Shown here: positions 25,490-32,901 of the stretch, one piece after another
Numbering within the stretch: position 1 is the stretch's first letter
Layout: every line of letters starts with the position of its first letter
Assembly: GCA_002793885.1 (NCBI GenBank)
Contig: PFEG01000041.1
Span: 1-35,561, forward strand
Source: Candidatus Saccharibacteria bacterium CG10_big_fil_rev_8_21_14_0_10_47_8
GTDB taxonomy: Bacteria; Patescibacteriota; Saccharimonadia; Saccharimonadales; UBA10212
Length of the DNA: 35,561 bases
Direction: 5' to 3'
Made by a program: the position numbers and the translations under genes
Notes under the pieces: generated by a model
Told to the model about the DNA's origin: nothing
The model's database searches: none
Seen by the model: the letters and a program-made list of their open reading frames with translations, nothing else

Positions 25490-26612
25490 AACTTTTAATT
25501 GCCTTCTCGTAAACGTCTATGTACAGCTTGGCAATGCGGGAATGATCAAACTGTTTAATGTATGATTTGGCCCAGCGTTCCCAAAGTTTACGCAGGTCAT
25601 CGTTAAATATCATTAACTCTAAACGGCGTGCGAAGTCGATGCTATCTTGTGAATTGACCATAGAGATCGCTCCGAACCCTTTCATAACACCGAGGTAGCC
25701 AGGATTGTCACCAGCAACCAAAGGACAACCGGCAGCCATGGCCTCTAGAAGAACTATCCCGAAACCCTCACCGTAATGCGACGGCGCACAAAATACGTCC
25801 GCCTGATGTAGCAGCTTTATTTTTTCCTCTTCACTTATAAAACCCATGAAAGTAACTCTTGGGATGTCGTGAAGTTCGATAAAATTACGCAATGACTCTT
25901 CTTCGGGCCCTACGCCCGCTAGGTACAGCTGTATATCGTCGTGCCGCTCGGTCAGTTCCTGGTAAGCTCGTAAAAGATAACGGACGCCTTTGCGCTTTTC
26001 TAATCTCCCCACATATAAAATCGTTTTTCGTTTTAGGTTGCGTACAGCTTCCGGAGGACGGGCATTATATTTCGCCACATCAACGCCGCAGGGAACAATG
26101 GTTATCGGAACCTTCGCGATTGATAATAAGTATTCTGTAGCAGGCTTTCCGGTAGCCGTAAATGCGTCAAAGTATTTGAGCATCGGTTTAGTATATGGCG
26201 TTACAACGTTAACGATGGTTTTAGTTGTCAAGGTATCAGGTAGCATGGCGTGCATTGTCGCCACATTAGCGGACTGCGAGCGCATTAGCAGTTGACGGCC
26301 CCACAATGGAACATGCGGTTCATGAAAATTAAGCACATCAAATTTTTCGCGTTCAAATACTTTGTCAATTTCATCGGTATCAACCGAAACTGACCACTGG
26401 CTGTTTGTATGAAAAAAGGCCTTCACGTTGCTTGATACGCCAACAGTGACTATGTAATCTGGTATCGCGCCTCTGTAGCCTCTGGGCTGTGGCGTAAGAA
26501 TTTTTGCCTGGTGGCCGAGCTTTACATACTCGGCTCTAAGAGCCATAACCTGTTCGGTTACACCTCCCCCCGTAAAAACGTTGTAGGGGCAAGCTAAGCC
26601 AATTTTCATCAC
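25464..26612 (-). CDS. Glycosyltransferase family 4 (GT-B fold)
   Basis: MKIGLACPY...GGVTEQV N-terminus and GEGFGIVLLEAMAAG. Overlaps the downstream GT4 gene by 26 nt. Confidence 0.8.
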   Translation of the reverse strand: MMKIGLACPYNVFTGGGVTEQVMALRAEYVKLGHQAKILTPQPRGYRGAIPDYIVTVGVSSNVKAFFHTNSQWSVSVDTDEIDKVFEREKFDVLNFHEPHVPLWGRQLLMRSQSANVATMHAMLPDTLTTKTIVNVVTPYTKPMLKYFDAFTATGKPATEYLLSIAKVPITIVPCGVDVAKYNARPPEAVRNLKRKTILYVGRLEKRKGVRYLLRAYQELTERHDDIQLYLAGVGPEEESLRNFIELHDIPRVTFMGFISEEEKIKLLHQADVFCAPSHYGEGFGIVLLEAMAAGCPLVAGDNPGYLGVMKGFGAISMVNSQDSIDFARRLELMIFNDDLRKLWERWAKSYIKQFDHSRIAKLYIDVYEKAIKSYAKSQKSS

Positions 26613-26741
26613 ACTTCATCTCCGATTACGAGTGATTTCTGTGCTATATATACAGCACAGAGTCTACCCTGAAACTTAAGTTGTGATAGAGACGCGAAGC
26701 CTTGTGCGAAGTGCCTCATAAGTTACATTATACGTTAAAAC

Positions 26742-27677
26742 TTAGGGTTTTTTACTCAAGAGGCGAGCCAGCCCAGGCGGTATGAACGGCGCAGCGTCTT
26801 CGGCGGTCGCAACGACAGATGGTGAATGAGTGGGCACATCAGCTTTAAAGGACTTAAAGTCGGCATATATGGCCCGCATATGTTGTTCGACCCGCACGTT
26901 ATTAAAATAGTGATCGTCATCAATAGCCACGTGATAGACGGGCAAGTTAACATGCTTTCCGAGCAGATTTAATTTAAACATCGTAACGGTTATGCCACAG
27001 TAAGTCCTGATGTCATTGCATTGCCAAAGGTATATTTCAAAGTCTATACGTTCTTTGCGGGCTGCCTCATTTCGAGCTACTAACTTTGCGTTGAAGCTAA
27101 TCGCTTCACCAACACGATATCCAAGCCTAATAAACGGCCCCCTAAAAGCTACGTATTTTGCAAAAGCCGCTGGCAGCCGCCTAGAAAACAATGACGCCGT
27201 GTAACGAAGGGTAAGAAAGTTACGCCGTTTAAACTTAAAATCATCCTTATGAGTAAAACCCGCGGCGCTAACTAGCAAATCTACTTTTTGGGCGATTTCC
27301 GGGTACTTTTGGAGCATTTTAGTAATAATCATGAAGCCCAGGCTGTAGCCGGCGAGAGTAAAACGCTTATTACGATAGCGAAGCTTCACGAATGCCGCTA
27401 AGTAATCTGCCATATTATCTAATGTTGGCTTTTCACCAATTTTATAAAAGGGTTCCATACCGCCAAAACCAGGCAGATCAGGTACTGTCACGCCCCCGTA
27501 CCTATTAAGAACTTCGGCCGCCCCAAAGACTCTTTCCAGGCTGGTGTGATGACCGTATACAAACAATATCTCTCGTTTTTTGTTTTTTGGCGGTGGCAAG
27601 CGTAACATCCGGCCGGCGAGACCATTAATATATAGCGGCAGAACGTATTCTGCCATATTTTTTGTATTTTTTGGCAT
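26742..27677 (-). CDS. Alpha/beta hydrolase
   Basis: HG oxyanion-like VYGHH and nucleophile elbow GYSLGF. First gene of the minus-strand envelope block. Confidence 0.65.
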   Translation of the reverse strand: MPKNTKNMAEYVLPLYINGLAGRMLRLPPPKNKKREILFVYGHHTSLERVFGAAEVLNRYGGVTVPDLPGFGGMEPFYKIGEKPTLDNMADYLAAFVKLRYRNKRFTLAGYSLGFMIITKMLQKYPEIAQKVDLLVSAAGFTHKDDFKFKRRNFLTLRYTASLFSRRLPAAFAKYVAFRGPFIRLGYRVGEAISFNAKLVARNEAARKERIDFEIYLWQCNDIRTYCGITVTMFKLNLLGKHVNLPVYHVAIDDDHYFNNVRVEQHMRAIYADFKSFKADVPTHSPSVVATAEDAAPFIPPGLARLLSKKP

Positions 27678-27788
27678 ATCTATTGATAAATTATAGGATG
27701 TTTAGCAACTCTTGTAAAACTTCGGTGGACTTTAGGGCAATGGACGATATAAAATAGGTGTTGCTGCTTACGATTGCAAACCTTTTAT

Positions 27789-27862
27789 TTCGGGATCGTC
27801 TAATGGTAGGACACTGGGTTTTGGTCCCAGCAATCTAGGTTCGAATCCTAGTCCCGAAGCCA
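27789..27862 (+). tRNA. tRNA-Gln (anticodon UUG)
   Basis: Hand-folded cloverleaf: acceptor TTCGGGA/TCCCGAA, D arm GTCT-AATGGTA-GGAC, anticodon arm CTGGG-TTTTGGT-CCCAG and T arm CTAGG-TTCGAAT-CCTAG. Discriminator is G and CCA is encoded. U1-A72 and G73 fit Gln identity. Confidence 0.9.
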
Positions 27863-27879
27863 TAATTTAAGTTAAGGCA

Positions 27880-27929
27880 TCCCGATAGAATCGGGACATT
27901 AGGGAGTTCGAATCCCTGTCTGTCTACCA
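27880..27929 (+). other. tRNA-like 3'-half remnant (anticodon-arm-like hairpin, degenerate T arm, ACCA end)
   Basis: TCCCG-ATAGAAT-CGGGA hairpin, then GGGAGTTCGAATCCCTG and TCTGTCT-A-CCA. No matching 5' acceptor strand or D arm can be built, and there is too little room after tRNA-Gln for a full tRNA. Confidence 0.25.
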
Positions 27930-27950
27930 GATTGGACATCAAAGAAGTAC

Positions 27951-27984
27951 AGACCGGTTCCTATGACCGGTCTTTCTTTTTACC
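27951..27984 (+). terminator. Rho-independent terminator downstream of tRNA-Gln
   Basis: AGACCGG (27951-27957) pairs with CCGGTCT (27967-27973), followed by TTCTTTTT. Confidence 0.65.
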
Positions 27985-28181
27985 CCTTGTATTCCACCCT
28001 TGTTTTGCAGTTCGTGTCCTATCGCTATTATGGCGAGTAAACGACCGAACCGCTCACATCTGTTAATATTCTCGATTTACCCTTTAAACTGGTTCTGAAC
28101 ATGACCGTATGCCTATATGGCGATTGAGCGCTTTGAAGAGTGACCGGGTTCCATGACCGTTCGATATGACATGGAGTTACC

Positions 28182-28478
28182 CTATACCTCGAGCAGTCTA
28201 ACTTTTACTGATGTAGTATTCCCGATTTGGAGGTCCTCATTTTTCCGGACATCTTTTTTAACAGGCAGAAGATAACTCCTAGATTTGCTGTCAGGAAAAA
28301 TTGATGTTCTCCAAGCTGTCTTGCCAATGGTTGCTTCAACCCTCACTGACCCGAAGCCCCGCTTTGGGGCGGCGTTTATCAGACGAATTTCCTCATAATA
28401 CTTTTTAGGTAAAGATATAAAGCACCAAGCTCCTTGACCTTGCCATTCCCACAGTTCAGCTTTAAACGTCAGCTCCAT
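28182..28478 (-). CDS. DUF1905 domain protein
   Basis: 98 aa. The WCFISLP...GFGSVRVEATIGKTAWRTSIFPDSKSRSYLLPVKKDVRK pattern is typical of DUF1905. Confidence 0.75.
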   Translation of the reverse strand: MELTFKAELWEWQGQGAWCFISLPKKYYEEIRLINAAPKRGFGSVRVEATIGKTAWRTSIFPDSKSRSYLLPVKKDVRKNEDLQIGNTTSVKVRLLEV

Positions 28479-28591
28479 GCCTACAAGTATAAACGCTCAA
28501 TTACTATTACTATGTATATAAAATAGCTTGTGACTCCTCGCAAGCAACCACAAGCTATCAGCCAGCATAATATCAAATCGTTTACATTAAG

Positions 28592-28610
28592 TTAAGTGTT
28601 TGCTTAAATA
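28592..28610 (+). promoter_or_regulatory. Operator 1: TTAAGTGTTTGCTTAAATA (palindrome TTAAG-N6-CTTAA) within the dsbA-like promoter
   Basis: Identical 19-mer to 29882-29900. It lies between a -35-like TTTACA (28581-28586) and overlaps a -10-like TAAATA (28605-28610). ATG at 28618 follows 7 nt later, suggesting a leaderless transcript. Confidence 0.55.
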
Positions 28611-28617
28611 TGTAAAC

Positions 28618-29307
28618 ATGAAACTTCTTCTTAGCTCTATTGCTGCGATTTTAATAGTTAGTATAGGGCTTTTTATATTTTGGCCGAGCGAAGCACCATC
28701 AACCGCCCAAAATAATACTACTTCTCCAGCTGTTGCCGCTCCCGAAACGCCCTCAGCCCAAACCACCGAACTTATTATCGGAGACCCGAATGCCAAGGCT
28801 ACCATTATTGAGTATGCTGATTACAAATGTCCGTCCTGCGGTGAATTTCATCAAAAAGCTGGCAAGCAACTACGTGCTAATTACGTTGATAAAGGGCTCT
28901 TGAAAATAGTATTCAGGCCTTTCCCTGTGTATGCCGTAGATGGTGCCCAGGCGCTGGTTGGATCGTATTGTGCGAAAGACCAGCAACAATTTACCGAGTA
29001 CCACGATGTTTTGTTCGAATATATGTGGGTGAACCACTTCCGGCAGGGAGATTATCAAAAAGCTATTGATACCGTGCTGACAGAAAGTGTTATGAACGAT
29101 CTAATGAAAAATATAGGCATGGACCCGAAAGTCTATAAAGAATGTATGGATAGTAAGAAACACGATAAAGCCTATTACGATACTATTGATCTAGCCGCAC
29201 CCGATGAAATTCAAGGTACGCCAAGCTTTATCATTAACGGGCAAAAGATCGTTGGCCCGCAGCCGTATAGCGTATTTAAAACACTGGTGGATATTCAACT
29301 ACAATGA
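28618..29307 (+). CDS. Membrane-anchored/secreted DsbA-family thiol:disulfide oxidoreductase (CPSC)
   Basis: N-terminal hydrophobic anchor (LLLSSIAAILIVSIGLFIFW), IIEYADYKCPSCGEFH active site and GTPSFIINGQ cis-Pro region. ATG 28618 is preferred over the TTG at 28600, which lies inside the operator. Confidence 0.8.
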   Translation: MKLLLSSIAAILIVSIGLFIFWPSEAPSTAQNNTTSPAVAAPETPSAQTTELIIGDPNAKATIIEYADYKCPSCGEFHQKAGKQLRANYVDKGLLKIVFRPFPVYAVDGAQALVGSYCAKDQQQFTEYHDVLFEYMWVNHFRQGDYQKAIDTVLTESVMNDLMKNIGMDPKVYKECMDSKKHDKAYYDTIDLAAPDEIQGTPSFIINGQKIVGPQPYSVFKTLVDIQLQ

Positions 29308-29879
29308 GCTGGCCAAAACTGTGGTTATTAAAGCTGAAAATTAGCCTGAGGTCTGCCCTCAAAGTGTTTCGGCGACCAGCATATATTGTACTAGCCCTAT
29401 TAACTACCCTTGTCGCTAGTGGTTCGATTCTCTGGTCGCTCAATCTTGATCTACTGCGCTATATAATCTTCGAGGCACCTATAAGTGCCCTCGCCAAAGT
29501 CGATTTTTTCTTTGATATATATAAAGGTGTCTATACTGACTTCAGCAGCGCCCAAAGTACTCTGGTAGTGATTTTTTCAGTTTTATTTGGTATAAACCTA
29601 GCCTTGCTGGTTTTCGTACTGAAGCACCGAGGCTTCAAAGCTATCCCAAAGAAAAGTGGTGCGGGCGGATTTGCTTTAGCAATAATCGGTGGAGGCTGTA
29701 TTGCCTGCGGAACATCCTTAATTGCTCCGCTGCTTGCTACTTTCGGCGCTTCTGCCACGCCACTTATCCGAGACCTGGCAACTGTATTCACCTTTATTGG
29801 CAGCCTACTCATCATATATTCCATATACAAACTAGGTGCTGTGTGTTCGTATATATTTACTTCGCAGGACTTGACTTAA
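29304..29879 (+). CDS. Four-TM membrane protein with intramembrane GGGCIACG (CxxC) motif, translationally coupled to the DsbA-like gene
   Basis: ATGA overlap with the dsbA-like stop. There are four hydrophobic segments. Basic residues in the N-terminus and the TM2-TM3 loop predict that both face the cytoplasm. CIAC sits mid-TM3. I recognise no family assignment. Confidence 0.7.
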   Translation: MSWPKLWLLKLKISLRSALKVFRRPAYIVLALLTTLVASGSILWSLNLDLLRYIIFEAPISALAKVDFFFDIYKGVYTDFSSAQSTLVVIFSVLFGINLALLVFVLKHRGFKAIPKKSGAGGFALAIIGGGCIACGTSLIAPLLATFGASATPLIRDLATVFTFIGSLLIIYSIYKLGAVCSYIFTSQDLT

Positions 29880-29881
29880 GA

Positions 29882-29900
29882 TTAAGTGTTTGCTTAAATA
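29882..29900 (+). promoter_or_regulatory. Operator 2: TTAAGTGTTTGCTTAAATA within the arsR-family gene promoter
   Basis: Identical to operator 1. -35 TTGACT at 29871-29876, 18-nt spacer, -10-like TAAATA at 29895-29900, and ATG at 29907 follows 6 nt later. Confidence 0.55.
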
Positions 29901-29906
29901 GTTAAT

Positions 29907-30206
29907 ATGAAATTACTTAAAAACCGTCCGGTAAAGCTAAATAATCGCGAAGAGCGTCTAGTTAGCGCAATGCAATTACTTGGCGATCAAACCCGCTTTA
30001 AGATCTTCAAACTCTTGCTGTCGGGAAGAGAGATGTGCGTTACTGAGATCGCCGATGCAATCGGTATTTCTGTCCCAGCTGTTTCTCAGCATTTCCGTAT
30101 TTTCGAACTGGTTGGTTTGGTTGAAAAGCAGCGGTATGGACAGAAAATCTGCTATTTACTGAAAACTGAGGACCAGTTTGTTAAAGAATTAATCCGCATA
30201 GTTTAA
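29907..30206 (+). CDS. ArsR/SmtB-family winged-helix transcriptional repressor (two cysteines)
   Basis: LLGDQTRFKIFKLLLSGREMCVTEIADAIGISVPAVSQHFRIFELVGLV is a canonical ArsR HTH core. The only Cys residues are in EMCV and KICY. Confidence 0.85.
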   Translation: MKLLKNRPVKLNNREERLVSAMQLLGDQTRFKIFKLLLSGREMCVTEIADAIGISVPAVSQHFRIFELVGLVEKQRYGQKICYLLKTEDQFVKELIRIV

Positions 30207-30226
30207 ACCTACAAGAAGGAGGGTGT

Positions 30227-30478
30227 ATGTCTAAGATAACAATTTATAGTACTGCGACTTGCGCCTATTGCAAGATGCTTAAAGGCTATCTGCAAAGCAA
30301 AGATATTGCCTACGAGGAAAAGCACGTTGACCAGGACCAGTCTCTGGCAATGGAAATGTATGAAAAAAGCGGGCAGATGGGTGTGCCATTCACTGTCATA
30401 GAGAAAGAGGACGGCAGCGAAGAAAAGATCCTCGGCTTTGACAGGCAAAGGGTTGATAGCGTATTAGGACTCGCCTAA
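30227..30478 (+). CDS. Glutaredoxin/NrdH-like small redoxin (CAYC)
   Basis: ITIYSTATCAYCKMLKGYL and the GVPFTVI cis-Pro motif. 83 aa, preceded by a strong SD (AAGGAGG). Confidence 0.8.
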   Translation: MSKITIYSTATCAYCKMLKGYLQSKDIAYEEKHVDQDQSLAMEMYEKSGQMGVPFTVIEKEDGSEEKILGFDRQRVDSVLGLA

Positions 30479-30483
30479 AGCCT

Positions 30484-30780
30484 ATGAAAGCGCTCTGGAA
30501 GAATAAAACGATTGCCGAGAGTGACGACACCATAACGATAGAAGGTAATATTTACTTCCCGCCGCATTCGGTAAATCACAACTTCTTAGAGAAAAGCGGG
30601 TTTCACACACTCTGCTATTGGAAGGGTTTGGCCAGCTATTACCATGTCAGCGACAACAAGAACCGCGATAAAAATATTGCCTGGTATTACCCTCGTCCGA
30701 CCTGGCTGTCGAAGAAAATAATGGGGAAAGACTTTTCTAACTATGTAGCCTTTGACGGACGGATGAAAGTAACCTCATGA
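30484..30780 (+). CDS. DUF427 domain protein (paralog 1)
   Basis: IAESDD...IEGNIYFPP...CYWKGLASYY...AWYYPRP...YVAF is the characteristic DUF427 motif order. Confidence 0.75.
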   Translation: MKALWKNKTIAESDDTITIEGNIYFPPHSVNHNFLEKSGFHTLCYWKGLASYYHVSDNKNRDKNIAWYYPRPTWLSKKIMGKDFSNYVAFDGRMKVTS

Positions 30781-30790
30781 GGAGTATACA

Positions 30791-31255
30791 GTGAAGAGAC
30801 GGACTATTTTCCTTATCCTAATAGTGATCTTTATTGCTTTAGGCACAGCGCTGCTGGCTGTGGCGAATATTGATGATAAGCAGAATACACAAGACGTAAA
30901 AGTAATAAACGAGGCCGCGTCAAATAATGGCGCCGTCGGTTCTTCTGCCGCTTATAGAGCTTATTCACCAGAAGCAGTTGCCTCAGCCTCGGCGCAGGAT
31001 AAGATAGTACTCTTCTTCCATGCCAGCTGGTGCCCTACCTGCCATGTACTTGATAAGGACATTACAGACAACTCAGATAAGATCCCAGCTAATGTACGCA
31101 TCCTGAAAGCAGACTTTGACAACGAAACCGAACTTAAAAAGAAGTATGGAGTCAGGCTCCAGCATACCCTTGTCCAAGTCGATAAAAATGGCCAAAAGAT
31201 TGCTTTATGGAGCCAGAGCCCAAGCTTATCTGATGTATTAAACGAGTTGCAGTAA
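30791..31255 (+). CDS. Membrane-anchored extracytoplasmic thioredoxin-like protein (WCPTC)
   Basis: GTG start after GGAG, an N-terminal TM anchor (IFLILIVIFIALGTALLAV), and the LFFHASWCPTCH thioredoxin active site. Confidence 0.8.
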   Translation: MKRRTIFLILIVIFIALGTALLAVANIDDKQNTQDVKVINEAASNNGAVGSSAAYRAYSPEAVASASAQDKIVLFFHASWCPTCHVLDKDITDNSDKIPANVRILKADFDNETELKKKYGVRLQHTLVQVDKNGQKIALWSQSPSLSDVLNELQ

Positions 31256-31256
31256 C

Positions 31257-32888
31257 ATGGAACTAGTTATCCTTTCATTGCTGGCTGGCGTGTTGACGGT
31301 CCTGTCGCCGTGCGTACTGCCTTTGCTGCCTGTTGTATTGGCAGGTTCGGCGGCTGAAAAGAGTAAACGCGCGCCACTCATAATTATTGGCAGCCTCGCT
31401 ATATCAGTTATAGCCTTTACGCTGCTCATTAGAGGTAGCACATTGTTGCTTGGCGTGCCGAGTAGCGTATGGTTGATTGTGTCTGGAGCGCTGGTAACTT
31501 TCATCGGTATCACGCTGGTATTTCCGGCAGTATGGGAGTGGATGACCATAAAATTACATTTGCAGGATGAAGCCGGGCGCCTAACAGCGATATCCAGTAA
31601 AAGAGCTGGCAATACCCGTAATGTTTTACTTGGGCTCTCGCTTGGCCCGGTCTTTACAAGTTGTAGCCCAACCTACGGCTTGATACTGGCAACTGTGCTC
31701 CCGACAAGTTTTGCGGTCGGTACGATCAATCTTATAGCTTACAGCCTTGGCTTAAGCGCAGTTTTATTAGCTGTAGCTTACGGTGGGCAGCGTGTCACAA
31801 AACGTCTCGGATGGGCCATAGACCCGATGAGCAAGTTCAGGCGTGGGCTAGGTATATTTATTGTAATAGTTGGTTTACTTATTATGACTGGACTAATTAA
31901 AGACGCTGAGACTTGGCTGGTAGACCGCGGCCTGCTCGGCACTACTAAATTTGAACAGCGGCTACTTGACTCCGACAGCGATACCAAAAATAAAGCCAGT
32001 AAAGATGTACCGGATTTCTTGCTTAAGTCTTTTCCTAAAACAGACTGGTCAAAAGCAGATCCGACGATCAGCAAAGCCTTGAGTGGTGGCCCAGGTAAAG
32101 ACGGCATTCCCGCCATAGATGAACCCAAATTCGAACCAATTGGTAATTTCAAGCATTCGGATAGCGTACAAGCGATCGTTATTGAGGATAAAGACACGGT
32201 CAGAGTCTACCCGTATAACATTCTAACTTGGCATGAAATCGTCAACGATACAGTAAATGGCAAACCTCTCGCTATCACTTTCTGCCCACTATGCGGCAGC
32301 GCCATTGTTTACAATCGAACTCTGCCAGATGGTGTCAGCACCTTTGGCGTCAGCGGAGCATTGATTGAGAGCAATATGGTGATGTTTGACCGCGGCAGCG
32401 AAACACTCTGGCAACAAAGTACTGGTCAGGCGCTGGCCGGAAGGCACTTTGGCCAAAAACTTGAACTAGTTAAATTTCAACTGCTTACTGTGGGTGAAAT
32501 AAAGTCAAAATATTCAAATGCCCAGATTATGAGCGAGAACACCGGTCACAGCCGGGATTATGCACGAAATCCATATTCTGGTTACGAAGACAGTGACGAT
32601 TTCTTCTTCAGCCCGAGCGATACTGACAAGCGCTATCCGTCTAAATCTATATTTGTAGTATTTGATGTAGATGGCACTTCGGTAGCTGTTCCCTGGCTAG
32701 AACTAAAGAACGAGCAAGTCTACGATACACAAGTTAATGGGCAAACCATAAAGCTCAGCAAGAGCGATAACGAACTGACAATTACTAAGTCCGACGGGGC
32801 AGAAATACCGTTTTATTTTGAAATGTGGTTCTCGTGGGCTGTTCAGTATCAGGACAAGGGAGTCGTGTTTGATCCAACTAAACAATAA
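31257..32888 (+). CDS. CcdA/DsbD-type transmembrane thiol-electron transporter fused to a C-terminal DUF3179 domain
   Basis: TM1 reads LSPCVLPLLP and TM4 reads FTSCSPTYG (the two CcdA cysteines). After about residue 270, GKDGIPAIDEPKF and FCPLCGSAIVY are typical of DUF3179. It starts 1 nt after the thioredoxin-like gene. Confidence 0.8.
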   Translation: MELVILSLLAGVLTVLSPCVLPLLPVVLAGSAAEKSKRAPLIIIGSLAISVIAFTLLIRGSTLLLGVPSSVWLIVSGALVTFIGITLVFPAVWEWMTIKLHLQDEAGRLTAISSKRAGNTRNVLLGLSLGPVFTSCSPTYGLILATVLPTSFAVGTINLIAYSLGLSAVLLAVAYGGQRVTKRLGWAIDPMSKFRRGLGIFIVIVGLLIMTGLIKDAETWLVDRGLLGTTKFEQRLLDSDSDTKNKASKDVPDFLLKSFPKTDWSKADPTISKALSGGPGKDGIPAIDEPKFEPIGNFKHSDSVQAIVIEDKDTVRVYPYNILTWHEIVNDTVNGKPLAITFCPLCGSAIVYNRTLPDGVSTFGVSGALIESNMVMFDRGSETLWQQSTGQALAGRHFGQKLELVKFQLLTVGEIKSKYSNAQIMSENTGHSRDYARNPYSGYEDSDDFFFSPSDTDKRYPSKSIFVVFDVDGTSVAVPWLELKNEQVYDTQVNGQTIKLSKSDNELTITKSDGAEIPFYFEMWFSWAVQYQDKGVVFDPTKQ

Positions 32889-32901
32889 TAAGGAGTAAGA
32901 T

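Noticed and set aside
26639-26660. The hairpin CTGTGCT-N8-AGCACAG between the hydrolase and GT4 genes, considered as a terminator.
   Set aside because: No T-run follows on either strand and the loop is an ATATATA tract. It could be promoter-associated, but the evidence is too thin to call.
27863-27935. A second complete tRNA gene after tRNA-Gln.
   Set aside because: No acceptor-stem partner or D arm can be formed on either strand. Only 67 nt are available before the CCA, and the T stem is mismatched. It is reported only as a tRNA-like remnant.
28600-28617. The TTG start at 28600 for the DsbA-like ORF.
   Set aside because: It lies inside the conserved operator/-10 region. ATG 28618 begins directly with a signal-anchor-like sequence (MKLLLSSIAAIL...) and fits the promoter geometry.
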